Positions 27,224 through 37,350 of a stretch of DNA of 56,078 bases are shown here, in pieces (position 1 is the stretch's first letter; every line of letters begins with the position of its first letter). Below the pieces are notes generated by a model. It had not been told where the DNA came from, made no database searches, and saw only the letters and a program-made list of their open reading frames with translations. The translations under genes were made by a program, and so were the position numbers. This DNA is from a virus (lineage: Duplodnaviria; Caudoviricetes), in IMG/VR virus record IMGVR_UViG_3300028126_000005, positions 1 through 56,078 of that record, one strand, 5' to 3'.

Positions 27224-28143
27224 AGATCTAATTTGTGCATCATTAAGCTGGTTAAGTCCAACTCTTGTGCTGATTGAACGTGTTCTGTAAATAACTTAAA
27301 ACCCATTTCGGAAGGGTCTTTATCTGGTAAGTTAATTAAGAATACTCTTTTACCTTGATTTAAAAATTTTTCTGCTATTTGTAATGCTCTATCTCTAGCA
27401 TCTATATCTAAAGCTATATAAATATCTTTTGTATTACTTGTTAACAGCTTCTTATATAATGAAGTAGATACGCTCTTTCCCAGTATAGGAACAGCATTTC
27501 TACGTATAGCCATGGCGTCAAATACTCCTTCACATAGTATTACAGGGGTATTCCAGTTGATTAAGCTTTCAAAAAATACTATATCTTTTGAGGCTTCAGG
27601 ATTCTTGTATTTAAAGTAGTTGCCATCGTAAGTTCGTGCAACAAAGAAATTGAGTGTACCGGATTCAGAATAACTTGGGATAATAACTCTTCCTCCATAC
27701 TCTCCAGATGTGCAGTATCCAATCCCATATTTAACAAAATCATTATCGGTAATCCCTCTTTCATATAAATATTTTTTAACTAGGTTAGCTACAACTGAGG
27801 TACTAGAAGCGGAATAAAGGGGTTGATATTCTTTCGGTAGCTCTATTATAGATAGCTGATTATACTCCACTTGTGTACCTTTAGGAAGGTATTTAAGTAT
27901 TTCAGCGGCTTGATCTTTTGGTGTTTTAAGTTGGTATAACAGTGAACGAATAGTTCTACCTTTAGTTTGACATACCCAACATTCCCAAGGATTCTTTCCT
28001 TCTTCGTTAGTAGCCATGTTAATTTCTAACTTTGGCTTACGATGATTACAAAAGGGACAATGAAAAGCATGATTACCTCTAGCTCTCTTGTAGCTTTTGC
28101 CCAATATATTTTCAATTGATCCTAAAAGGAAAGTATAGTCCAT
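27220..28143 (-). CDS. DNA primase-like protein (Zn finger + TOPRIM)
   Basis: CPFC...CWVC, RVIIP, KYKNP, CEGVFDA, ALDID, KDPSE. Confidence 0.88.
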   Translation of the reverse strand: MDYTFLLGSIENILGKSYKRARGNHAFHCPFCNHRKPKLEINMATNEEGKNPWECWVCQTKGRTIRSLLYQLKTPKDQAAEILKYLPKGTQVEYNQLSIIELPKEYQPLYSASSTSVVANLVKKYLYERGITDNDFVKYGIGYCTSGEYGGRVIIPSYSESGTLNFFVARTYDGNYFKYKNPEASKDIVFFESLINWNTPVILCEGVFDAMAIRRNAVPILGKSVSTSLYKKLLTSNTKDIYIALDIDARDRALQIAEKFLNQGKRVFLINLPDKDPSEMGFKLFTEHVQSAQELDLTSLMMHKLDL

Positions 28144-28165
28144 AACCCAGTCCGTATCTTAATTA

Positions 28166-28197
28166 TAAGATAAGAACTTAACTTCGAATAAGCAACT
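28166..28197 (-). promoter_or_regulatory. Host-type (Bacteroidota -33/-7-like) promoter
   Basis: Sense AGTTG-N20-TATCTTA upstream of primase; one of 4 copies with identical spacing. Confidence 0.7.
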
Positions 28198-28388
28198 TAT
28201 TTAGTTAAAAGTTCTTTGATAGCACTCTCTACTACTTGTTCTAATACTTCTTGTTTATCAATATCCAAGTATTCTACAAGTTTATGAGAAATAATATTAG
28301 AAAGGTTAGATATATCTTTTTCAGATAGTCCTAACTCTTCTTTGTGTACTATTCTGTTATTCTCAAGGATTATTTTAAGTAACTTCAT
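28197..28388 (-). CDS. Small protein with MKLLKIILE leader
   Basis: 63-aa ORF with the shared leader. Confidence 0.65.
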   Translation of the reverse strand: MKLLKIILENNRIVHKEELGLSEKDISNLSNIISHKLVEYLDIDKQEVLEQVVESAIKELLTK

Positions 28389-28389
28389 T

Positions 28390-28662
28390 TTATCTGTCTT
28401 TACGTACTATTCTAACTATTTCTCCTCTATCATCATCATCTACATGGAAAACTTCATAGTCGCCTATTTGCTGTCCATGGTACTTATCGCCAAAATCTAA
28501 TAAATCTTGCTGAGTACCTTTTACGTCAATTCTTCTATGCTCACTACCAGGAAATCTTAAATCAAAAGATAGTCGAGGAAATTTTTCTGCAAATTTATTA
28601 GCAAGATTAATTAAAAAGACATCTTCTTTAGCTTCCGATAAAATGATGTTAGATAGTTTCAT
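28390..28662 (-). CDS. Small protein with MKLSNIILSE leader
   Basis: 90-aa ORF with the shared leader. Confidence 0.65.
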   Translation of the reverse strand: MKLSNIILSEAKEDVFLINLANKFAEKFPRLSFDLRFPGSEHRRIDVKGTQQDLLDFGDKYHGQQIGDYEVFHVDDDDRGEIVRIVRKDR

Positions 28663-28849
28663 TTCGTTTTAATAGTTCTTTTATAATAACGTTTTTCTTT
28701 TTAGTCATATTTTTATCTTCTAGCATCTTCTTTAACTCTACTGTAGATGTTCCAGCTGTAGTAGTATGTTCCCATGACCACTTACTAGTCATCTTTCCTC
28801 TGTCATCTCTAACGTATTTTTTAACCGATGGTTTTAACTTTACTGGCAT
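28649..28849 (-). CDS. Small basic hypothetical protein
   Basis: Start moved to ATG 28849 (MPVKLKPS), 2 nt after the stop of the Cys-rich microprotein. Confidence 0.65.
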   Translation of the reverse strand: MPVKLKPSVKKYVRDDRGKMTSKWSWEHTTTAGTSTVELKKMLEDKNMTKKKNVIIKELLKRNETI

Positions 28850-28851
28850 AA

Positions 28852-28917
28852 CTAACAATCGCAGCAATTGCAGTTGCATGACTTATCACAGTTACAGACT
28901 CTACAATTACATTTCAT
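28852..28917 (-). CDS. Metallothionein-like microprotein MKCNCRVCNCDKSCNCNCCDC
   Basis: Hand-translated, below the ORF-track cutoff: 21 aa, 9 Cys in CxC/CC motifs; fills the gap between two genes. Confidence 0.75.
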   Translation of the reverse strand: MKCNCRVCNCDKSCNCNCCDC

Positions 28918-29170
28918 ATATTTTTACTTTTAAATTTCCTGTTCCTTTTAAAAGACGGTGATACGTCTCTTTTGGTATAAATAGTTTGTTTTCCGTTAAT
29001 CTCTTCGGAATTTCGTTATCCATTTGAAACATCCAATCTGTATCATGCATTGCTTGAACTACCCTATCTTTTTTATCTCTATGCCATACTAATTCAAATG
29101 TTGGCGTATCAGAAGAAAATTCTCTAATAAAAAAGTTTTTACTTTTTATATCTTTATAAGGTTTAGTCAT
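28907..29170 (-). CDS. Small cupin-like protein
   Basis: WHRD...W.FQ...FIPKETYHRL two-motif cupin pattern. Confidence 0.7.
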   Translation of the reverse strand: MTKPYKDIKSKNFFIREFSSDTPTFELVWHRDKKDRVVQAMHDTDWMFQMDNEIPKRLTENKLFIPKETYHRLLKGTGNLKVKIYEM

Positions 29171-29979
29171 AATATTGTTCTATCAATATAAGAATTTAAT
29201 TTCACTTTACCGTCTATTTCTTTAAGTAATGTTTTAATCAATTTTTTATTTTTGAACTTAGCCCATCCGTTTAGATGAATGTATTCATTTCCTTTTATTC
29301 GATTAGTAAATTTATAATCTATATTGAATTTATAACATAGAGATGTAAAATAATACTGACAGATAACAGTTGATACTATTAGCCCTTTTGGTATAAGCTG
29401 TTCTATAGGTTCTATATTCTCTAAATAATAGTCTCTCAAGTTATAATATGAATCTAAAAATAAATTCTTTACTGACTCATTATTAAACTGAAGGATTCCG
29501 ACATTAAATAAATAATTAGGTATAAAAGAAAAATTACTAAACTGAGTTTGTATATTATGTTTTCTAAAAATATTAATAATTTTAAATAATGATTCTGTTT
29601 GCCAAGGTGAATCAGGAACGAATAGTTCTTTTTGCTCTAATATAATGTCTGCTGATTCTATAGTTTTTAGTTTTTTACTTAATATTATATCTCCGTCTAT
29701 AGTAACTGCTCCTAGTTCTTCTTGAGAGTGAATATAAATCTTTAAATCATCAGTAATAATTAAATCTAAATCATCTACGTTTACACTTGTGTCATAAAAT
29801 CCTTTTAGATACTCTAATGAATAAGAGCAACCATAAAACTTTACAGTATGTCCTAGATGCTTTGCTCTTTGCATAGAAACTTTATATAGGTCTAATACAT
29901 GATTATTTTTATCTAAAACAGTGTACCTGCCGCCTCCATAGTCTCCTATATTCTTAGAAAAGCTAAATATTAGTTTCAT
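29167..29979 (-). CDS. GT-A glycosyltransferase-like protein (DUF6734-like)
   Basis: K..I...TIDGDIIL (DxD), NVGIL, YIHL; paralogous to the next ORF. Confidence 0.6.
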   Translation of the reverse strand: MKLIFSFSKNIGDYGGGRYTVLDKNNHVLDLYKVSMQRAKHLGHTVKFYGCSYSLEYLKGFYDTSVNVDDLDLIITDDLKIYIHSQEELGAVTIDGDIILSKKLKTIESADIILEQKELFVPDSPWQTESLFKIINIFRKHNIQTQFSNFSFIPNYLFNVGILQFNNESVKNLFLDSYYNLRDYYLENIEPIEQLIPKGLIVSTVICQYYFTSLCYKFNIDYKFTNRIKGNEYIHLNGWAKFKNKKLIKTLLKEIDGKVKLNSYIDRTIL

Positions 29980-30911
29980 ATTAAATCTTGATTAGTTTCT
30001 ATATCAAGAATTTTTTTTAATTTATTCACTATGTTAATTCTAAACTTAGCATCATTTTTCATTCTTCTTTTGTCCATCCATATATGCCAATACTTAAAAC
30101 CTCCGTGAGACATTATAGAGTCTGTAGATAAGTACATTGGAGAGTATCCGCTTTTACTTTTTAAATTAGGATGCTCAGCATAAGAAAGATACGCTTTATC
30201 TTCTAAAGAAGCTACTTTTAAATCTAACTCTCGAGAACAGTAACCTAAAATTCCTTGATCTGATAGTAACCATAACCATTCGGGTATATGTTTATAATCT
30301 TTGAGTACTATCTTTAGATGATTTTCATAGTATAACTTTTGTAGCTTTTTATTATTCATAAAAACAAAAGATGTGTTAGGCATCATCATAAATTCATTAA
30401 AGTTACTTATTGGTACACCATAATCATCTAGCATTTTTTTAGAAGCGTAAAAATGACCTCTTTGGATTTCCCATTGAGTATGTACTAGATCGTAATTAAA
30501 TATCCATTCAGGTAGTTCACTTTGTACTATAAAGTCATTATCTAAAAAAAGGAATGGTTGTTCTTCTTTTCCTATTGCTACTGACTTACCGCTAGTCCAC
30601 CATTTACCTGCATTGTTAGTATTGTTATTATATTCGTTTAATGTATCTGTATCAATTTCATCAAACAAACTAATCATATCATGCTTTAAATAAAAGTCAT
30701 AGCCAGTATCATCAGTATAGAGTTTAATTGGTGCTTTGAGAAACTTCCTTGCATTATGTATTGCAGCCTTTTGAATTAGTAGTTCGTAGTCTACCATACC
30801 ATACTCTTTTGAATCGAGTATAGCTAATTTATCGAAGTTGTATCCTTCGGCATCTTTTTTGTAGAAATATGGTTTAGTCCAATTTACAAAAACTACTTTA
30901 TAGTTCATCAA
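29976..30911 (-). CDS. GT-A glycosyltransferase-like protein (DUF6734-like)
   Basis: LYTD, WWTSGK, PFLFLDNDF (DxD), PNTSF, SDQGIL, YWHIW. Confidence 0.65.
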   Translation of the reverse strand: MMNYKVVFVNWTKPYFYKKDAEGYNFDKLAILDSKEYGMVDYELLIQKAAIHNARKFLKAPIKLYTDDTGYDFYLKHDMISLFDEIDTDTLNEYNNNTNNAGKWWTSGKSVAIGKEEQPFLFLDNDFIVQSELPEWIFNYDLVHTQWEIQRGHFYASKKMLDDYGVPISNFNEFMMMPNTSFVFMNNKKLQKLYYENHLKIVLKDYKHIPEWLWLLSDQGILGYCSRELDLKVASLEDKAYLSYAEHPNLKSKSGYSPMYLSTDSIMSHGGFKYWHIWMDKRRMKNDAKFRINIVNKLKKILDIETNQDLI

Positions 30912-31639
30912 ATAAGTTTTGATTCTGAGTCTTCTATATTGAAGTTTATGACTACTCTGTTTGACTTACCGTAAAAAGGTTTAACTGAATGAACTATATC
31001 AAATGGCCAGATAATAAGCATTCCTTTTTTAGGTCTTATAAAATGTGCAGCACCTCTAATATGAAACGAAAATACTCCGCTGTATGGATGGTCTAATATA
31101 GGTTCCCCATCTGAAATATAATATCCACCAGAAAAGCTTGTGGGTGTTTCTTCTCCTGGTTCCCATCTACAGTGGTTATGAGCATTGTGCCCTCTACCAG
31201 AATGAGGATCGTAATACTGCATCCAGCTTTCTGTTATTTTAGGTGATTGATTATTTTTTATTTCTAAGTACGATAGTAATTTTTTATAACCATTATTAAT
31301 TCTATTGCGTATTATACCTACATCTTTATTTTCTATATCTAAAAAATTATTAGGAGGAGTAAAGAATCTGCTACCTATTGGACTATATTCATTAGGCTCT
31401 ATCCAGTTTTCTTTTCTACTGTAGTTTACTTTATAAGAATCTATCCTCTCTGTATCTATTTGGTTAGGTAGTTCTTGACCCATCTGCTTTTGAGAGTCGT
31501 TTAGTTTTTTCATTCCTAAATCGTAAACTCTATCGTGAAGAGAATCGTCATCAAACACTTCGACCCAGACGGGTATTGGTGCAAGATAATATACATTTTT
31601 ATTATCTTTCGATTGTATAAGTGCTTCCTTAAAATGCAT
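30908..31639 (-). CDS. 2OG-Fe(II) oxygenase-like protein
   Basis: ESW..HNAHNH, FSGGYY, PKKGMLIIWP..IVHSV..RVVINFN. Confidence 0.82.
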   Translation of the reverse strand: MHFKEALIQSKDNKNVYYLAPIPVWVEVFDDDSLHDRVYDLGMKKLNDSQKQMGQELPNQIDTERIDSYKVNYSRKENWIEPNEYSPIGSRFFTPPNNFLDIENKDVGIIRNRINNGYKKLLSYLEIKNNQSPKITESWMQYYDPHSGRGHNAHNHCRWEPGEETPTSFSGGYYISDGEPILDHPYSGVFSFHIRGAAHFIRPKKGMLIIWPFDIVHSVKPFYGKSNRVVINFNIEDSESKLI

Positions 31640-31650
31640 AACTCTCTAGT

Positions 31651-32493
31651 TTATATATCTAGAGTTAAATTTATTGTTAGTTCAGTATCTTTTGGTTTCT
31701 GTAATGCTTGTGGAAGTTTTCCGACTGCTATAAGTTCGTTAGAGCCGTTATATAAACCTACTGTAGTAATGTATGGCTGAAATTCAGAACCTGTAACATT
31801 GTCAGCATATAGACCAGAAGGCCTTATAAACCTACTCCCAGAAGAATCGCTACTGCTTCCAGTATAGTATAGAATACTATTATTTTTTTGTGCTGTAGGG
31901 TTTTGAGTATGGTTAAATTCATAATCTGAAACCTTTAAAGAATAGTTGTAAGTATAGACCGGTACTGTTGATTTAAAACATACAAATGCTGGATCAGCAG
32001 AACCTGATAGGTCCCCGAAAAAGCTTGAGCTATAATGAGCAAAAGATCCAGTTGCAGTAATAATAACCTGCCCGTGAGAATATATTACATTACCAACGTG
32101 AGATGATCCTCTTAATAGGCTTCCTTCTCCATCATCTTTTAATCTATAGCTACTATTTGAAGAAGAGACTATTAAAGAGTTAGGTTGTATTTTAGTACCG
32201 AATAATTTTCTTGGTATAGAAATAACTAGACCACTACCAGATGTAATATCCATAGTTCTAGTTCCAGGTGCAAAAGAGATTTCTTCGTAGTTGTAGTAAC
32301 TACCAGAGTGGTCAACATATCCAGAGCCAGTATCGTAATTTGAATAGTATAGATGTCTTACACTATAGAAGTTTAACCTTTTATTACTACCACTAGATGG
32401 TGCATAAGAACCTGTATAGTAATTACTGTTAAGTTCTGTGCTTTTTCGTAAATCTATTACTTCACCATCGTGATATCCATATTCATGAGCCAT
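31651..32493 (-). CDS. Baseplate/fibre-attachment structural protein, paralogue of 37351-38373
   Basis: EFNHTQNP and YITTVGLYN..ELIAVGKL..K C-terminus; ten [ST]GS motifs. Confidence 0.65.
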   Translation of the reverse strand: MAHEYGYHDGEVIDLRKSTELNSNYYTGSYAPSSGSNKRLNFYSVRHLYYSNYDTGSGYVDHSGSYYNYEEISFAPGTRTMDITSGSGLVISIPRKLFGTKIQPNSLIVSSSNSSYRLKDDGEGSLLRGSSHVGNVIYSHGQVIITATGSFAHYSSSFFGDLSGSADPAFVCFKSTVPVYTYNYSLKVSDYEFNHTQNPTAQKNNSILYYTGSSSDSSGSRFIRPSGLYADNVTGSEFQPYITTVGLYNGSNELIAVGKLPQALQKPKDTELTINLTLDI

Positions 32494-32499
32494 ATTATT

Positions 32500-33285
32500 C
32501 TACCAGTATCCAGAGAAGTTTGAGCCACCTCCTAGTGATTTCCAATATCTTCCGATATTACAAGACCAGTAACCTGCTTTTGTTTTATCTTTTTTAGTAG
32601 AGCACTTATGTCTGGCAGCAAAAGAAGCTCTAGCTCCTCTCTTTTTTAATTTAACTGAAAGACCAGTATCTCCAAAAGAAACTTTTTTAACGTTTCCTTT
32701 TTTACTCTTAACGTAGACATAGAATTTTTTACTTCCACCTCTTTTAGGTTTGTTAAGTGCAACCTTTTTACCTCTGTACTCTGCTTCCGGTATGTAATCT
32801 ACGGATGCTTTTAGCATTTCAAAACCATTGTAATCAAATGATTCGTTTTGTAAAGAAACTGCTTTTCTAAATTTGTCCATGTTTATATTACCCCCAATAG
32901 ACTCTACTAATTCTTTAACTTGTTCAAAGTTAATCATTTGGTCTATCGAAGAAGCTTCATCGATTGTATTTTCATCTTCGATCATCTCGTCGATCATACA
33001 TCCGATTTCAAACAGAGGGTTATACTTTGGTGATACCATCGGTAAATCAAGAGGTACTTTTAATCCATTATACTCTCCGTATTCTCCTATATCAGTAGTT
33101 TCTAATAACTCTTGGTCTTCCTCTGAAAGCTCTATCTCTTCGTTATTATAAGCTTCTCTAGCTTCTTTAAACAGTTGTATAAAGGCATCTGAGTTATAAC
33201 GGTAGACATGCTCATGTAAGGAGAGTTTATTGTCTAAGTGGTACTTAAGTGATGGGTATCCGATTATTTCTTTTAGTTTAATCAT
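32500..33285 (-). CDS. Modular protein with MIKLKEII leader and basic C-terminal domain
   Basis: AEYRGKKV...KKFYVYV...ARASFAARHKC...AGYWSC. Confidence 0.7.
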   Translation of the reverse strand: MIKLKEIIGYPSLKYHLDNKLSLHEHVYRYNSDAFIQLFKEAREAYNNEEIELSEEDQELLETTDIGEYGEYNGLKVPLDLPMVSPKYNPLFEIGCMIDEMIEDENTIDEASSIDQMINFEQVKELVESIGGNINMDKFRKAVSLQNESFDYNGFEMLKASVDYIPEAEYRGKKVALNKPKRGGSKKFYVYVKSKKGNVKKVSFGDTGLSVKLKKRGARASFAARHKCSTKKDKTKAGYWSCNIGRYWKSLGGGSNFSGYW

Positions 33286-33746
33286 AATTCAAAGTCTTTT
33301 CTATAAAATTTACCTAGAATATTATCGTTAATATAATTGTTTCTAGAGTCTAATACTTCATTTATAAATAGGTACTTACACTCAAAATATGTAAGCTGTT
33401 TCTTATTAGATACATACTGCAAGATTTTTTTAGTAAATGCTTCAGGTCCGTCTTGTTTTAAGAGTTCTTTGATTTTAAGATGAGAGCCATGATAATCTTT
33501 CCAGTCTGATTCGGTTATTACTTTTTGCTTTAGCGGAGTTCTACCTTTCATTCCTTTTTTTGCACGCTCTTCTTTTAGTGCTGCTAATGCTCTTTTTCCT
33601 AATCTTTTATTTCTTTCGAAGTATAGTACTTTTTTACCTATATATTTTTGCTTACTTTTAGTATGAGTTACTTCATATATAAAACCATAAGTGCCTTTTG
33701 GCATATCGTCTATACTGTTTATTTTTTGTTTTTTATACAACCACAT
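33282..33746 (-). CDS. GIY-YIG family nuclease
   Basis: GFIYEVTH...KYIGKK, ESDWKDYHGS, YINDNI. Confidence 0.78.
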   Translation of the reverse strand: MWLYKKQKINSIDDMPKGTYGFIYEVTHTKSKQKYIGKKVLYFERNKRLGKRALAALKEERAKKGMKGRTPLKQKVITESDWKDYHGSHLKIKELLKQDGPEAFTKKILQYVSNKKQLTYFECKYLFINEVLDSRNNYINDNILGKFYRKDFEL

Positions 33747-33787
33747 ATTATAATATAAGAATTTTATAACTAATTACCTAATCTATT

Positions 33788-36580
33788 TTAGAATCCGCAG
33801 ATTAATCCGAATGAGAATACTCCGCTACCATTTGTATCTCCACCCTTAACACCGTTGGATATATACTCATTAGTAACTAAAGTAGTTCCATTAGTTTCAT
33901 AAACTGTACAACCTTCAGTTAAAGTATCAGTAGTTAATTTTAGAGTTTCTCCTCCATCATTATTAAAGTCATCACAAGCTCCGCTTTCACTTACTGTAGA
34001 TCGACCTACGGTTACACTATATAAAGTTAATGAATTACCAGTCGGTGTAGGAGTCTGAGTTGGTGTAGGTGTCGGTGATGCTGGAGTTGATCCGTAAGTA
34101 CCGCAATCTCCGTCAGTAGTAAATTCTGAACCATTCCAGTATTTCCATATTTCACCATCAGAATAGTATCCTGCAGCAGCATGATCATCAGCTAGACAAG
34201 TATCAGCGTCATATAAAGTATCTGCTGTTGATAACTCTGTACTGTCAATATAGAATGTACTTGGATCATTTACATAATCATCACATGCTAAACCATATGT
34301 AGCTCCATTTCCTAAACTAACTTCAACGCAAGACGTTTGAGATGGAGTAGGTGTAGGTGTTTGAGTCTTAGTAGGAGTGTTTGTAGGTGTTGGTGTCTGA
34401 GTATTAGTTGGTGTTGGAGTAGGTGTAGTTTCTGTACAACAAGTAATTCCTGTACTTACAACTCCAGCTGCACTATATCCGAAGTAAGTATTTTGAGGAC
34501 CAACTCCACAAGTACCAGAAACGTCTACATAACTAACATATCCTCCACCAGATAGTTTAGTTGTACCAATATAAAGATCATCTCCTATTTCTGGGTAACT
34601 ATTACTTCCTCCATTAGCTACTGACTTAACTAAGGTTAAAGTTTTCTGTTTAGTACCATTTCCAATAGCTTCACAAGCTAACCCTCCAGCTGCATCTCCT
34701 CCTGATGTAGTCGTTATAGGACCGTTAGATGAGAATACATCTATAGAGTACTGAGCTCTCGATGGAGTTGGTGTTGGAGTTGGTGTATTTGTAGGAGTTT
34801 GAGTTTGTGTAGGCGTTACAGTATTAGTTGGTGTATTAGTTGGAGTCTGTGTATTAGTAGGGGTATTAGTAGGAGTATTAGTTGGTGTCTTTGTAGGCGT
34901 TTGTGTATTCGTCGGAGTATTCGTCGGAGTATTCGTCGGAGTATTTGTAGGCGTTACAGTATTAGTAGGAGTGTTTGTTGGAGTATTTGTAGGCGTTACA
35001 GTATTAGTTGGAGTATTAGTTGGAGTATTAGTTGGTGTATTTGTAGGCGTAGGCGTATTCGTTGGAGTATTAGATGGAGTTGAGGTATTAGTAGGTGTTT
35101 GAGTCGGTGTTTGAGTCGGTGTCTTTGTAGGTGTTTGAGTTTGAGTAGGTGTATTTGTAGGAGTACCAGTTGGAGTACCAGTTGGAGTTGGAGTTTGAGT
35201 TGGAGTATTAGTCGGAGTATTAGTTGGAGTACCAGTAGGTGTTGCTGTAGGTGCAGATTCCTCTGTTACTATTATATCAAAGCTACAGTCTAACGTAGGT
35301 GTAGGAGTACCTGTTGGTGTTTGTGTTTGAGTCGGTGTTTGAGTAGGAGTATTAGTTGGTGTACCAGTTGGTGTACCGGTAGGTGTTCCTGTTGGAGTAT
35401 TAGTCGGTGTGCTAGTCGGCGTACTAGTAGGTGTTGAGGTATTAGTCGGTGTTTGAGTCGGTGTTTGAGTCTGAGTATTAGTCGGAGTCTGAGTTGGAGT
35501 ATTAGTTGGAGTATTAGTTGGTGTTGGAGTATTAGTAGCTGTAGGTGCTGGTTCATCATCTACTTCTATTTCAAAACTACAATCTAGAGTCGGTGTTGGA
35601 GTTGGAGTGCTAGTATTAGTCGGTGTAGGTGTATTAGTCGGAGTATTTGTAGGCGTACCAGTCGGAGTACCCGTTGGTGTTCCTGTCGGAGTATTGGTCG
35701 GAGTGCTTGTAGGTGTTCCTGTCGGAGTAGCAGTTTGAGTTGGTGTGCTAGTTGGCGTAGGTGTATTAGTTGCAGTTGGTGTTGGTTCATCATCTACTTC
35801 TATCTCAAAGCTACAGTCTAATGTAGGTGTAGGAGTGTTAGTTGGAGTATTAGTAGGTGTAGGTGTATTAGTAGCTGTTTGCGTAGGAGTTGGTGTGCTC
35901 GTTGGAGTTGGTGCAGGTTCGTCATCTACTTCTATTTCAAAACTACAATCTAGAGTCGGTGTAGGAGTATTAGTTGGTGTTTGAGTTGGTGTAGCAGTAC
36001 TTGTAGAAGTCGGTGTTGGAGTAGGAGTATTTGTTGCTGTTGGAGCAGGTTCGTCGTCCACTTCTATTTCAAAGCTACAATCTAGAGTTGGTGTTGGAGT
36101 ATTAGTTGGAGTTGCAGTACTAGTAGGTGTTGGAGTTGGTGTTCCAGTTGGTGTTGGATCTGGTTCATTGTCTACATCTATTTCAAAGCTACAGTCTAAT
36201 GTTGCAGTTGGTGTAGGGGTATTAGTTGGAGTGTTAGTTGGTGTAGGTGTACCTGTCGGTGTATTACTAGGTGTATTAGTAGGGGTACTAGTAGACGTTG
36301 GAGTATTAGTTGGAGTATTTGTAGGCGTTGGAGTATTGGTTGGAGTTCCTGTTGGAGTATTAGTTGGTGTTTGAGTTGGTGTTTGAGTTGGTGTACTTGT
36401 ACTAGTAGGAGTTGCTGTACTAGTAGGAGTTACTGTTGGAGTATTAGTAGGAGTAGGTGATGGTAATATAACAGGTATATTGTCACCAAACAAGTATACA
36501 TTATTACTTATATCAGCTATCTGTTCTTTTTTAGCTTGCTTATAAACTATGAGTGATGATATGTTGTTACTAAATCCCAT
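33788..36580 (-). CDS. Mucin-like Thr/Pro-repeat fibre/adhesin with three Cys-bounded C-terminal domains
   Basis: 930 aa, mostly (TP/TN/TQ/TG)n, interrupted by six LDCSF[ED]IxV units. Confidence 0.8.
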   Translation of the reverse strand: MGFSNNISSLIVYKQAKKEQIADISNNVYLFGDNIPVILPSPTPTNTPTVTPTSTATPTSTSTPTQTPTQTPTNTPTGTPTNTPTPTNTPTNTPTSTSTPTNTPSNTPTGTPTPTNTPTNTPTPTATLDCSFEIDVDNEPDPTPTGTPTPTPTSTATPTNTPTPTLDCSFEIEVDDEPAPTATNTPTPTPTSTSTATPTQTPTNTPTPTLDCSFEIEVDDEPAPTPTSTPTPTQTATNTPTPTNTPTNTPTPTLDCSFEIEVDDEPTPTATNTPTPTSTPTQTATPTGTPTSTPTNTPTGTPTGTPTGTPTNTPTNTPTPTNTSTPTPTPTLDCSFEIEVDDEPAPTATNTPTPTNTPTNTPTQTPTNTQTQTPTQTPTNTSTPTSTPTSTPTNTPTGTPTGTPTGTPTNTPTQTPTQTQTPTGTPTPTLDCSFDIIVTEESAPTATPTGTPTNTPTNTPTQTPTPTGTPTGTPTNTPTQTQTPTKTPTQTPTQTPTNTSTPSNTPTNTPTPTNTPTNTPTNTPTNTVTPTNTPTNTPTNTVTPTNTPTNTPTNTPTNTQTPTKTPTNTPTNTPTNTQTPTNTPTNTVTPTQTQTPTNTPTPTPTPSRAQYSIDVFSSNGPITTTSGGDAAGGLACEAIGNGTKQKTLTLVKSVANGGSNSYPEIGDDLYIGTTKLSGGGYVSYVDVSGTCGVGPQNTYFGYSAAGVVSTGITCCTETTPTPTPTNTQTPTPTNTPTKTQTPTPTPSQTSCVEVSLGNGATYGLACDDYVNDPSTFYIDSTELSTADTLYDADTCLADDHAAAGYYSDGEIWKYWNGSEFTTDGDCGTYGSTPASPTPTPTQTPTPTGNSLTLYSVTVGRSTVSESGACDDFNNDGGETLKLTTDTLTEGCTVYETNGTTLVTNEYISNGVKGGDTNGSGVFSFGLICGF
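34760..36461 (-). repeat. Coding low-complexity Thr-x repeat with six interspersed ~40-bp [13 protein letters not shown] units
   Basis: Degenerate gttggagtatta-type periodicity; units at approximately 35260, 35550, 35785, 35920, 36050 and 36160. Confidence 0.9.
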
Positions 36581-37347
36581 TAAAATCCTCCTTGACAGTC
36601 ATAAATATAAATTACATCTCCAGGTCCGTCTCCTACTGTATCGTCTACTCTTAGGAATGAATTTACATCAGTTCCTGTAGCTGAGCTACTATCGAATGCA
36701 TAATAGGTATTAGGTGATGGTGTACAAGTATCATTTGTAAATACAGTCATAGTTCCTCCTCCGTCTAAATAAGCTTGAGTTGGAGGCCATGAACCGCTGT
36801 AGTCAGTATATAATACTTGAGCTATAGTTTCCATACAAGCTCCATTAAAGATAGTTTCTAGAGAAGCACTAAATGCTGTAGCATAGCATAGTGAACTATT
36901 ACTAGGAGTTGGTGTTGGTGTTGAAGTACCTGTAGGTGTTTGTGTAGGTGTTACTGTAGGTGTATTAGTTGGTGTTTGAGTTGGAGTTGCACTATTAGAC
37001 GGAGACGGAGGAGTACTTGTAGGCGTACCAGTCGGAGTATTTGTTGGAGTACTAGTCGGTGTACCAGTTGGTGTACCAGTTGGTGTTTGTGTAGGGGTAT
37101 TAGTTGGAGTTTGAGTAGGGGTATTAGTTGGAGTTTGAGTTGGTGTACCTGTCGGTGTAGGTGTTGGTGTAGGAGAAGGTAAAGGAGTAGGTATATTATC
37201 TCCAAATAAATATACAGTAGCGTTAGTACAGAACTTTTTAGACGCTTGGTAGTGTGAAATTACTAGATCTTGTTGTACTAGTTTTTTAAACGCTGAGTAT
37301 GAAGCATTTTCATTAAATCGATTCTCTATATTTTTGAATGAACTCAT
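36580..37347 (-). CDS. Short Thr/Pro-repeat fibre paralogue
   Basis: Shares [18 protein letters not shown] with the 930-aa ORF; one Cys-bounded C-terminal domain. Confidence 0.78.
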   Translation of the reverse strand: MSSFKNIENRFNENASYSAFKKLVQQDLVISHYQASKKFCTNATVYLFGDNIPTPLPSPTPTPTPTGTPTQTPTNTPTQTPTNTPTQTPTGTPTGTPTSTPTNTPTGTPTSTPPSPSNSATPTQTPTNTPTVTPTQTPTGTSTPTPTPSNSSLCYATAFSASLETIFNGACMETIAQVLYTDYSGSWPPTQAYLDGGGTMTVFTNDTCTPSPNTYYAFDSSSATGTDVNSFLRVDDTVGDGPGDVIYIYDCQGGF

Positions 37348-37350
37348 TCA

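Noticed and set aside
28850-28879. Track start MQLQLLRLLV for ORF 28649-28879
   Set aside because: The extension is an off-frame reading of the Cys microprotein; ATG 28849 fits gene packing better.
35260-36200. Interspersed ~40-bp repeats as a CRISPR array
   Set aside because: The repeats are in-frame coding with synonymous variation, the spacers are low-complexity and of unequal length, and no cas genes are present.
34337-37205. Cys/Trp/Arg-rich, Val/Gly-rich and Leu/Gln/His-rich ORFs
   Set aside because: They are alternative-frame readings of the Thr/Pro repeat.
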